Shown: piece after piece, positions 29,988 through 38,481 of the stretch | How positions within the stretch are numbered: the stretch's first letter is position 1 | Layout: every line of letters starts with the position of its first letter | DNA from: Pseudomonadota bacterium | Lineage (GTDB): Bacteria; Pseudomonadota; Gammaproteobacteria; JAKAQQ01 | Direction of reading: 5' to 3' | Assembly: GCA_027365475.1 (NCBI GenBank) | Contig: DAHXNI010000024.1 | Location: 93,362-157,361, forward strand | DNA length: 64,000 nt | Position numbers and translations under genes: made by a program | Notes under the pieces: generated by a model | Told to the model about the DNA's origin: nothing | The model's input: only the letters and a program-made list of their open reading frames with translations | Database searches by the model: none

Positions 29988-30509
29988 ATGCCCATGGCCA
30001 TCCGACCCATTTTGATCTACCCCGACCCACGCTTGAGAACCCAGGCGCAACCCATTGTTGCTTTCGATTCCACGGTACATGCCCTGATCGAGGATCTTCT
30101 GGAAACCATGTATGCTGCAGATGGCCTGGGACTCGCAGCCACTCAACTTGGTGATAAAAATAGGATTTTTGTCATGGACCTTTCTGATTTGAAACACCAG
30201 CCACAAGTTTTCATCAACCCCGTGATTCTCTCCAGAATCGGACGCCAGAAACGCCAGGAAGGGTGCCTTTCAATCCCCGGAGCCTACGAGGATGTTGTGC
30301 GCGCCGCCCGCATTCACGTCCGCGCACTGGATCGATCCGGCCAATCCATTGAACAATGGTCGGAGGGACTTGAGGCAGTCTGTATCCAGCACGAATTGGA
30401 TCATTTGGATGGCCGTCTGTTCATTGATCATCTTTCCGTTTTGAAACGAGAGAGACTTCTCAAGCGATTCCGGGCCAAGCAGGCCACCGTGTTACCTGTG
30501 ACGACTTAG
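29988..30509 (+). CDS. def: peptide deformylase
   Basis: GLAATQLG, EGCLSIPG and QHELDHL form the Def motif triad. About 170 aa. Confidence 0.9.
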   Translation: MPMAIRPILIYPDPRLRTQAQPIVAFDSTVHALIEDLLETMYAADGLGLAATQLGDKNRIFVMDLSDLKHQPQVFINPVILSRIGRQKRQEGCLSIPGAYEDVVRAARIHVRALDRSGQSIEQWSEGLEAVCIQHELDHLDGRLFIDHLSVLKRERLLKRFRAKQATVLPVTT

Positions 30510-30515
30510 GCCATC

Positions 30516-31442
30516 GTGAGATTCCGAGTTGTTTTTGCCGGTACCCCAGATTTTGCCGTGCCGACGTTCGAAGCACTGCTCAAGACCCATGACGTGGTAG
30601 GCATACTGACTCAACCCGACCGCCCCAAAGGTCGCGGCCAATCGAAACAGCCCACACCCGTTGCCCGATCTGCTCGCCACACCGGTTTCACCCCGTTGAC
30701 TCCAGTCTCACTCGACGACCCAGATACCACCGCTGCAGTCCGTGACCTCAACCCGGATTTCATCGTGGTGGCAGCCTATGGATTGCTGTTCCCCGAAACC
30801 TGGCTACACCTGCCGAACCAGGGCATCCTGAACGTTCATCCTTCGCTCCTGCCACGGTGGAGGGGCGCGTCGCCCATTGAGTACGCCCTGCTGCACGGCG
30901 ACTCCGAAACGGGCATATCGATTCAAGCGCTGATTAAACGACTTGATGCCGGTCCAGTCCTTCGGCAAGTGAGGACGGCCATTTCCGAACGGGAAACCAA
31001 AAGTTCTCTTGAAACGCGACTGGCCGTACTGGGTACAGAAGCCCTTTTGAGTGTCTTGTCGGAGTGGACACAGATCAAACCCGCACATCAGGATGAATCC
31101 CGAGCAACCTATGCGCCCAAGATTACACCCCGAGACACCCGTATTCGCTGGTCTTCATCCGCAACGGCAATTGAACGTCAGATTCGTGCTCTACAGGAAC
31201 AGCCCGGTGCCTGGACCAGCCTGTGTGACCGTCGAGTCAAGATACTGGATGCCCATGTCCTGCCTATTTTTCAGCTTGCGATACCCGGCACCGCCACTTT
31301 TCAAGGCAATAGTGGACTCAAAGTCACAACGGGTCATGGAACCCTTGCGATCGATCGTCTTCAATCCGAAGGCGCGCGACCCTTGCCCGTACAGGAGTGG
31401 ATGCGTGGGATGCGTGAAGTGTCGGGGATTCGACTCATTTGA
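30516..31442 (+). CDS. fmt: methionyl-tRNA formyltransferase
   Basis: MRFRVVFAGTPDFAVP... and HPSLLPRWRGASPI are formyltransferase motifs. It lies directly downstream of def. Confidence 0.9.
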   Translation: MRFRVVFAGTPDFAVPTFEALLKTHDVVGILTQPDRPKGRGQSKQPTPVARSARHTGFTPLTPVSLDDPDTTAAVRDLNPDFIVVAAYGLLFPETWLHLPNQGILNVHPSLLPRWRGASPIEYALLHGDSETGISIQALIKRLDAGPVLRQVRTAISERETKSSLETRLAVLGTEALLSVLSEWTQIKPAHQDESRATYAPKITPRDTRIRWSSSATAIERQIRALQEQPGAWTSLCDRRVKILDAHVLPIFQLAIPGTATFQGNSGLKVTTGHGTLAIDRLQSEGARPLPVQEWMRGMREVSGIRLI

Positions 31443-31443
31443 T

Positions 31444-32751
31444 ATGAACCACTCAAGCTATCCGGATGACTCCAGCCGTGCCCGTGCCGCTTTGGCACTG
31501 AACCAAGTAATCACACAAGGCCAGACCCTCGATGCCATCTGGCAAGAATGGCCGCCTGGACGTGACTCCACTTTTGCTCGGGAGATTGTCTATGGATCCT
31601 TGCGCTATCTTCCTCGATTGAACCTCCTGCTCTCAGTTTTGGCTTCTGAGCGGCCGTCTCCATTACTCGAGTGCTTGTGCATATCGGCCCTCTATCAGCT
31701 ACTCTACCTTCGCGTACCAACACACGCGACCGTGCACGAAAATGTCGCCGCTGCAAAAGTTTTGGGGATGGTGCGCGCTGCTCCCATGGTCAACGCGATT
31801 TTGCGCCGAACTATTCGTGAACGAGATTCTCTGATTCAGACCTTGGAGGCATCAGAGGTTGGACGCTATGCATACCCTCAATGGTGGATCGACGAGGTAA
31901 AAAGTGATTGGCCACAAGAATGGGAGTCACTTCTGGTGGCTGGCAACACACGCGCCCCCATGACACTCCGGATCAATCTTGATCGAATTACGAGAGATAC
32001 TTACCAGAGTGAACTGGCCGCTGCTGGATTCCCGGCGCAGCTCGGGAGCCTCGCTTCTACGGCCATCCGTTTGGACCGACCCTGCGCAACCGATCGCCTG
32101 CCAGGTTTCACAACGGGCTGGGTATCTGTTCAGGATGAGGCAGCACAGCTGGCGGCCCCATTTCTGGATCCCCAGCCTGGCATGCGTGTTCTCGACGCCT
32201 GTTCGGCACCAGGAGGCAAAACTGCGCACCTCCTGGAATATACACGAGGAAACATCTATCTTGATGTGGTCGACAAAGACCCGGAGCGTCTCGAACGCGT
32301 CCGTTCCACAATCAAGCGGATCGGTTACGGTACTGTTCGGCTGATTTCAGCCGACGCTACCCATCCGGAAGATTTTTTTACGGGCGAATGTTATGACCGG
32401 ATCTTGATTGATGCCCCCTGCAGTGGGAGCGGGGTCGTCCGGCGTCACCCAGACATCAAGGTAACCCGGACCCGAGCAGGTGTTGAACGGGCCCAGAAAT
32501 TGCAAGCACAGCTGCTTGAAACCATCTGGCCACTTCTCGGCATTTCGGGCCGTCTGCTGTATGTGACTTGTTCCATATTTGAGCGCGAAAATGACCAGGT
32601 CATCGGCGGTTTTATGGCGCGCCATCCAGATGCGGTTTGTGAACGTTTTCCGAGCAACCCGCTTACAGAAACGAAATTCGGGGTTGCGTGTCAAACGGGT
32701 AGAGGCGATTGCGATGGATTTTACTTCGCACGCCTTCGGAAATCAGGGTAG
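31444..32751 (+). CDS. rsmB: 16S rRNA (cytosine967-C5)-methyltransferase
   Basis: From the internal ATG at 31444 (2 nt after the fmt TGA) it aligns with E. coli RsmB: NusB-like N-terminus, SAM motif DACSAPGGKT, the catalytic DAPCSGSGVVRRHPD, and TCS. The track ORF start at 31051 lies inside fmt. Confidence 0.85.
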   Translation: MNHSSYPDDSSRARAALALNQVITQGQTLDAIWQEWPPGRDSTFAREIVYGSLRYLPRLNLLLSVLASERPSPLLECLCISALYQLLYLRVPTHATVHENVAAAKVLGMVRAAPMVNAILRRTIRERDSLIQTLEASEVGRYAYPQWWIDEVKSDWPQEWESLLVAGNTRAPMTLRINLDRITRDTYQSELAAAGFPAQLGSLASTAIRLDRPCATDRLPGFTTGWVSVQDEAAQLAAPFLDPQPGMRVLDACSAPGGKTAHLLEYTRGNIYLDVVDKDPERLERVRSTIKRIGYGTVRLISADATHPEDFFTGECYDRILIDAPCSGSGVVRRHPDIKVTRTRAGVERAQKLQAQLLETIWPLLGISGRLLYVTCSIFERENDQVIGGFMARHPDAVCERFPSNPLTETKFGVACQTGRGDCDGFYFARLRKSG

Positions 32752-33364
32752 TCTAGAGCCAATGGCGGATATTACACATCGGCAAGCAAGCCACTCATTC
32801 AGGCACACGTTCCTGCGATGGGGGTGTGCGTGCGGGCTGGCGGTCGGCTGCCTAATCGGCGCCCTAGCATGGGGACACTCCCTTACCATCAAGCGTCTCA
32901 CGACGTTTCAGGTTCACGACGTTTATTATCTCCATGTCGGCATGCATGTGCGATTCCCCCCATCGGCACAGCACGCGTTGCAAAGCGGGATTCCGCTCTT
33001 ACTCAAACTCAGAATCCGCGTGGTCCGTCGCAATGCTTGGTTCTGGCAGGGCCCACTCGCTACACTGACCGAGCGTTTCTCAATCCAAGATCATGTCTTG
33101 ACAGAACAGATCGTTGTGCGAGATCTGAACAGTGGCTCGCAATCGTACTTTAGAAACTTTCATACCGCGCTTCGCTCATTGGGCTCGGAGCAGGAGATTC
33201 CGATCATCGATCGCAGCCTGCTTCATCCTGGACATCACTACCGGATACGCGTGAAAGCGATACTGGATATTGAAGATATTCCCTCAAATCTCCGATGGGT
33301 TGCCTGGATTTGGTCGGACTGGCGCACCACTAGTCCATGGCGAACCACATCCATCCGTCCATGA
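32714..33364 (+). CDS. DUF4390-like periplasmic protein
   Basis: Conserved position between rsmB and ntrY, as in many beta/gamma-proteobacteria. It has an N-terminal hydrophobic segment. The start is ambiguous between 32714 and 32762. Confidence 0.55.
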   Translation: MDFTSHAFGNQGSLEPMADITHRQASHSFRHTFLRWGCACGLAVGCLIGALAWGHSLTIKRLTTFQVHDVYYLHVGMHVRFPPSAQHALQSGIPLLLKLRIRVVRRNAWFWQGPLATLTERFSIQDHVLTEQIVVRDLNSGSQSYFRNFHTALRSLGSEQEIPIIDRSLLHPGHHYRIRVKAILDIEDIPSNLRWVAWIWSDWRTTSPWRTTSIRP

Positions 33365-35571
33365 AACGGAAGATTTTCAGGGGAGTATCGGCTCTCGCAG
33401 CCATTCTCTTGGTAGTGAGTCTCTATCTACTGGCCATCACGACACGGAATACCAAGGCTTTCAGCCGACTCCACGATGATCTTTTAATCCTGGTTTTCAT
33501 TTGTGTAATCCTTTTGCTCACGCTCATCACGGTGAACCTGGGTATCCTGATTCGCCAGTTCTGGCGACATGTTCCAGGCGCCAAGCTAACTGCGCGTTTA
33601 TTCGGGTTATTTACCTTGGTTGCCTTCATTCCACTGGTTGTCGTTTATGCTTTTTCTATCCAATTCATCAGCAGAAGCATTGACAGTTGGTTTAATTTGG
33701 ATATTGGTCGCGATCTGCACAACGCTCTCACATTGAGCCGCAGTGCACTGGATCACCGTCTGCATGGGCTTCTGGTCAAAACCCGTCAATCGGCATTGGC
33801 ACTTTCAGGAACCAATGCCCAGTTGATTCCATTTAAACTCTACGGACTCAGATCAAGGGTGGGTGCTTCTAATCTCACCGTTTTCTCATCGGGTGGACGT
33901 ATCATTGCATTCAGTTCATCTGCAACCGTTTCACTCGTTCCACAGAATACAAATCAGCTGTTCTGGCTAGCGGCAGATTCTCGCCGCGCGTATGTCGGGC
34001 TCTCGACACAGAACCACAAACGCCTTTACGCACAGGCTTTGGTACCTTTCGCCAACCCAGTGCCCTGGGGGCAGCCCTTGATCCTACAGGCGTGGTTCAG
34101 GCTGCCCAGACAAGAAAACCGACTAACTTTGGGAGTCCGAGACTCATATGCACGCTATGAAAAACTACGTTTTTTCAGGACACCACTCAAGCTCAGTTTT
34201 ATTCTGACGCTCACTTTGGTGCTGCTGCTGAGTTTACTGGCTGCAGCAAGCGGTGCGCTTTATGCCGCACGTCGGCTCGTTGCGCCGATCCAATCATTAA
34301 TCGAGGGATTTCGATCCGTTGCCCGGGGCGATATGGACGTGCGTCTTCCCGTCTCCAGCTGGGATGATTTAGGTTTCTTAAGCCATTCCTTCAACACCAT
34401 GACGCAGAAACTGGCCGATGCGCAAGCTATGGCGCATCACAGCCAGAGCCAGATTGAGCGCGAGCGTTTTTACTTGGAAACAGTCTTATCCCGTCTGACA
34501 TCAGGTGTCATCGCTCTTGACAATGAACTGAAAGTCAGTATTGCGAACGATTCTGCTGTTGAAACCCTACAGGCTGAGCGACATGAACTACTGGGTCAGC
34601 CCATCGCTGGATTTGCTGCGTGGCACCCCGAACTCAGTGAATTCGTTTCTGCCTGCATTGAAGCCCATCGATCCGCTTCAGCCGAGTTCCAGCGAGAAAT
34701 CGCGATGGGGCAAGGCCTGAATCGGAGAATTCTATTGATGCGCGCAGCTTCTCTGACGATTGGTGAGTTCCATACAAAGGGAACGGTCATTGTGTTTGAC
34801 GATGTCACTTCTCATTTGCAAAGCCAGCGGGATGCCGCCTGGGGAGAGGTCGCTCGCCGGCTGGCTCATGAAATCAAAAACCCCCTGACCCCAATTCAAC
34901 TGGCTGCCGAACGCATTCAACGCCGGTATCAATCGTTACTGGATGCGCCTAACGCCGCTGACCTGGCAGGTCTGACAACAACGATCGTCCAGCAGGTTGA
35001 GGCCATGAAACGAATGGTCAACGCTTTTAGCGAATATGCCAGAAGTCCTGATATCCATATCACGCGCTTTGATCTCAATCACTGCATTAGCGATATTGCT
35101 GAACTTTACCGCGAACAAAGCCCTGCGATCGAAATCGCTCTCCAGCTTTCAGGTGGCCCTCTATGGATTGAAGCGGATCAGCCCAGAATATTGCAGATCT
35201 TGCACAACCTTCTCAAAAACTCCGTTGAAGCTCTTCATGCACTCCCACATGGGAACATTCGGGTGACCACTAGAATGATTTCAGACTCCGAGGAAGTGGA
35301 ACTTTCCATTGAAGATAACGGCGCTGGCTTTTCTCCCGTGATTCTCGAGCATGCGTTTGAGCCTTACGTTACCAGCAAACGCAAAGGAACCGGGTTGGGC
35401 CTTGCGATTGTCAAAAAACTCATTGAGGAATTGGGTGGCTATATCTACTTGGCCAACCGCAACGAGGGTGGCGCCCAAATTACCCTTACCTTGCCCATTA
35501 ATGATCGGGGCCGGGATCGTTCACTTTTGGCACAGGCACGAGGTTACCGCATGCATGGTCAGCAATCATGA
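33337..35571 (+). CDS. ntrY: two-component sensor histidine kinase NtrY
   Basis: Two N-terminal TM regions, a HAMP-like segment, a PAS region, the HisKA H-box (RRLAHEIKNPLTPIQL) and HATPase_c (EDNGAGF, GTGLGLAIVKKL). Confidence 0.8.
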   Translation: MANHIHPSMKRKIFRGVSALAAILLVVSLYLLAITTRNTKAFSRLHDDLLILVFICVILLLTLITVNLGILIRQFWRHVPGAKLTARLFGLFTLVAFIPLVVVYAFSIQFISRSIDSWFNLDIGRDLHNALTLSRSALDHRLHGLLVKTRQSALALSGTNAQLIPFKLYGLRSRVGASNLTVFSSGGRIIAFSSSATVSLVPQNTNQLFWLAADSRRAYVGLSTQNHKRLYAQALVPFANPVPWGQPLILQAWFRLPRQENRLTLGVRDSYARYEKLRFFRTPLKLSFILTLTLVLLLSLLAAASGALYAARRLVAPIQSLIEGFRSVARGDMDVRLPVSSWDDLGFLSHSFNTMTQKLADAQAMAHHSQSQIERERFYLETVLSRLTSGVIALDNELKVSIANDSAVETLQAERHELLGQPIAGFAAWHPELSEFVSACIEAHRSASAEFQREIAMGQGLNRRILLMRAASLTIGEFHTKGTVIVFDDVTSHLQSQRDAAWGEVARRLAHEIKNPLTPIQLAAERIQRRYQSLLDAPNAADLAGLTTTIVQQVEAMKRMVNAFSEYARSPDIHITRFDLNHCISDIAELYREQSPAIEIALQLSGGPLWIEADQPRILQILHNLLKNSVEALHALPHGNIRVTTRMISDSEEVELSIEDNGAGFSPVILEHAFEPYVTSKRKGTGLGLAIVKKLIEELGGYIYLANRNEGGAQITLTLPINDRGRDRSLLAQARGYRMHGQQS

Positions 35572-36875
35572 CGCAAGCCAATGTTCTTGTAGTCGATGAC
35601 GAATCTGATATTCGTCGACTGATCCGGGACATCCTCGTCGAAGAGGGTTACGACGTTTCCGTAGCGGGTACGGCAGCGGAAGCACGAGATTTGCGCAGCC
35701 GTCACAGGTTTGATCTTGTTTTACTTGATATCTGGATGCCTGACACCGATGGGATCTCTCTGCTGACCGAATGGAGCAAGAGTGCTCCGTTGCCAACCAT
35801 CATGATCTCGGGGCATGGGTCGATCGACACAGCCATGGAAGCGAGCCGATATGGGGCAGTTGATTTTCTTGAAAAACCCATATCGATGGCTAAGCTTTTG
35901 CAATCCGTGGAGCACGCGCTTCTCAGCCACACCAGTGTCGCCGTATCGGAATCACCGGAGGTTTCCCGGGGCACTGAACCGATTGGGAAAAGCCCGCTGA
36001 TTCAGCAGTTGCGGCAAACGCTTCTTCGGGTTTCCCAAACTGATTCACCCGTTTTGTTCGTCGGAGAATCTGGTTCGGGTCGCGAACGTTACGCGCGATG
36101 GCTACACCAACTCCGACAAAGGCCTGGGTCATTCGTGAATCTTACGAACCAGATTTTAGATGGGGATCCCTTGCTTTTGGCTGACTCGATTCAACAAGCG
36201 CGCCAAGGAACTCTTTTCTGGTCGGAACTTACGGAGCTAACTGCTTCCGCTCAGCGAGCTACGCGCGATTTAATCAAGGGCGAAAATCAATCCAGTGATA
36301 TGCGGTACATGCTTTCTGCAGCAGCGCTTCCGTCGATACACGCAGATGTGGCCGCAGGAAAAATCAGCCGCCCGCTGTTCGATACGCTGGCCGTCGTCAC
36401 TTTGGATGTTCCTTCCGTGCGGAATTACCGTGAAGATGTTCCCGAGTTACTTCGGCAGACCGTCAACCTGCTGGTCGACACCCGTCATCTTCCATATCGC
36501 CGATTCAGCGTTGCGGCACAGAATCGCCTTCGCAATTACAGTTGGCCCGGCAACCTCAGACAGCTTCAGAACGTTGCCGAACAGCTGCTCGTTACCAGCA
36601 CTGGAGATGAGATTACTTTAGAGGAAGCCGAACAACTTCTCTTACAGGAGAATCCGGATCTTTCGCTGGACTTGCTACAGCAAGACTGGCTTGCTCTTCC
36701 GCTGCGTGAGGCTCGTGAACGATTTGAACGAGGGTATTTCCAGGCGCAGCTCAGGTTATGTGAAGGTCGTATCGGACGGCTGGCCGAGAAAGTAGGGATG
36801 GAACGCACACACCTTTACCGCAAACTCAGACATTTGGGTATTGATCCAACCCGGACCTCAGAAGACAGCGACTAG
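35568..36875 (+). CDS. ntrX: response regulator NtrX (receiver + degenerate AAA+ + HTH)
   Basis: Receiver domain (VLVVDDESDIR...D...LLDIWMPDTDG), Walker A GESGSGRE, and a C-terminal Fis-type HTH. The GAFTGA segment is missing (see findings). Confidence 0.8.
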   Translation: MTQANVLVVDDESDIRRLIRDILVEEGYDVSVAGTAAEARDLRSRHRFDLVLLDIWMPDTDGISLLTEWSKSAPLPTIMISGHGSIDTAMEASRYGAVDFLEKPISMAKLLQSVEHALLSHTSVAVSESPEVSRGTEPIGKSPLIQQLRQTLLRVSQTDSPVLFVGESGSGRERYARWLHQLRQRPGSFVNLTNQILDGDPLLLADSIQQARQGTLFWSELTELTASAQRATRDLIKGENQSSDMRYMLSAAALPSIHADVAAGKISRPLFDTLAVVTLDVPSVRNYREDVPELLRQTVNLLVDTRHLPYRRFSVAAQNRLRNYSWPGNLRQLQNVAEQLLVTSTGDEITLEEAEQLLLQENPDLSLDLLQQDWLALPLREARERFERGYFQAQLRLCEGRIGRLAEKVGMERTHLYRKLRHLGIDPTRTSEDSD

Positions 36876-36901
36876 CCGAAAACAGCAGAACTCGATATGG
36901 T

Positions 36902-37507
36902 TCATGCTGGACGGCTAATCATGTTGAGAAACTCAGCTCGCGTTGTCGCGTTGGTCCTGAAATCCCCCATCATGACTGATGTGACGGTCGCAGCGTGCTG
37001 CTTTTCTACACCTCGCATCATCATACAAAGGTGTTGAGCCTCAATGATGACGCCGACACCCAATGCATTCGTGACTGACATGATTCCATCAGCAATCTGG
37101 CGGGTCAGCTCTTCCTGAACCTGCAACCGTCTCGCATAAACATCCACAATACGTGCAAACTTTGATAACCCGAGAATCTGTCCGTGTGGAAGGTAGGCAA
37201 TGTGGCAGGTCCCGAAGAACGGCAAGAGATGATGTTCGCAGAGCGAATAGAGTTCAATATCCTTGACCACTACCATTTCCTCGATGGTGCTGGGAAACAA
37301 GGCATCATTGACCACCGAATCGATGGATTCTGCATAGCCACGAGTCAGATATTGCAACGCATGTGCTGCGCGTTCGGGTGTGTGCTTTAACCCTGGTCGA
37401 CCAGCGTCTTCTCCCATAACTCTCAGAAGCGTGCGATAAGATTGGATCCACTCTTCCCAGTTGTCGCGCGCTGTCTTGTCTGTATCGAATTCTTTCACGT
37501 GTCGCAC
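36902..37507 (-). CDS. folE: GTP cyclohydrolase I
   Basis: [10 protein letters not shown] and a VTSVMMGDF-like region are FolE-type motifs. 201 aa. Confidence 0.85.
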   Translation of the reverse strand: MRHVKEFDTDKTARDNWEEWIQSYRTLLRVMGEDAGRPGLKHTPERAAHALQYLTRGYAESIDSVVNDALFPSTIEEMVVVKDIELYSLCEHHLLPFFGTCHIAYLPHGQILGLSKFARIVDVYARRLQVQEELTRQIADGIMSVTNALGVGVIIEAQHLCMMMRGVEKQHAATVTSVMMGDFRTNATTRAEFLNMISRPA

Positions 37508-37633
37508 TCCTAAAAGATGATTTCAAGGGCAGCCAATATCATCGGTTTTTACCTTTCCAGGGTAACGGGTTACCTCCTTCCCCACATTTGTGCCACCGTT
37601 AGATACTGAGGCCAGTCGAAGCGGGTGACGGAA

Positions 37634-38083
37634 TCAGCGGATCTGGCTCAGAAACCGATCGAACGCCTGAAGAGTCACACTTGAGACATAGTGCTCGATG
37701 CCTTCTGCATCGGCCTCGGCCGTTTCGATTGGCACTCCCAGCGCCTCCAGTACTTGAACGACAAGCCGGTGGCGCGCACGGACCCGGTCGGCTAGGGCTT
37801 GGCCGGCTTCGGTGAGGAAAACCCCTCGGTAAGGCTTTGCCACTGCAAGCCCTTCCCGTTTGAGTCGATTGATGTTTTTGGTTGCCGTTGGGTGCGAAAC
37901 ACCGAGCCTACGGGCAATATCGATCGGTCGCGCCTCTCCGTTGACTGCCAAGAGATCAGCAATGAGCTCAACATAATCCTCACGCAGAGCGGCCGACTGG
38001 GCGATGCGGGTTTTACTAAAGCGCCGTGCCTGAATAGGCGCAGTGGGTAGTGACCCCAATAACGACTTTGATACACCTGTCAC
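37634..38083 (-). CDS. mntR: manganese-responsive transcriptional regulator (DtxR/MntR family)
   Basis: Strong alignment to E. coli MntR (DYVELIADLL...GEARPIDIARRLGVSHPT, WRGVFLTEAG, RHRLV, DAEGIEHYVS). Confidence 0.85.
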   Translation of the reverse strand: MTGVSKSLLGSLPTAPIQARRFSKTRIAQSAALREDYVELIADLLAVNGEARPIDIARRLGVSHPTATKNINRLKREGLAVAKPYRGVFLTEAGQALADRVRARHRLVVQVLEALGVPIETAEADAEGIEHYVSSVTLQAFDRFLSQIR

Positions 38084-38216
38084 CGTGTGCTACCCCGGTC
38101 AAACATGCTAGATCCGCCGCAAGCATACGCTTCTTCCACCGTCTCCGCTACAGGTCAAGGCACCTTGCGTCCCGACCCGGGGTTCCCGGACACAACCTCC
38201 GCGCCAGTCGTAGGGC

Positions 38217-38258
38217 TTGACATTATGAAGCCAAGGCTTTATATAATAGCCATGGCTA
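38217..38258 (+). promoter_or_regulatory. strong sigma70 promoter (TTGACA-17-TATATA/TATAAT) with an overlapping 12-bp palindrome TAGCCATGGCTA (putative MntR box)
   Basis: TTGACA at 38217-38222 and TATATAAT at 38240-38247. The perfect palindrome at 38247-38258 sits within aATAGCcatgGCTAc, which resembles the E. coli MntR site ATAGC-N4-GCTAT. It lies about 225 nt upstream of the Nramp ATG, in the mntR/mntH divergent region. Confidence 0.45.
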
Positions 38259-38481
38259 CAAACTCGTTCGAACCCATTTTCAAAGATGCTGGACTAGAGC
38301 AGAACGCCAATTATTTTGCTGCACGCCGGACACGGACTTGGCCACGTCGGATTCTTTCTCCGTCGCTTCAGTTTCTTTTATGGTCTCTGCGTGTATATGT
38401 TTTTGTGATGCTGAACGTGGTTGCAATTGAAGTGATGCGGGCGCTGGTCGCTTAAATATGGCTTCACCGGAACGCTAACTC

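Noticed and set aside
31051-31443. ORF-track N-terminal extensions placing rsmB, aroE, qor, rocD, tsaP and DUF4097 starts inside upstream genes.
   Set aside because: In each case the homology begins at an internal Met that abuts or slightly overlaps the upstream stop. The long forms are artefacts of longest-ORF calling.
38260-38481. Possible Mn2+ riboswitch (yybP-ykoY) in the long leader of the Nramp gene.
   Set aside because: I could not find the conserved GGGGAGUAG / UGGCAU-ACC cores by eye. It remains only an untested possibility, noted in the findings.
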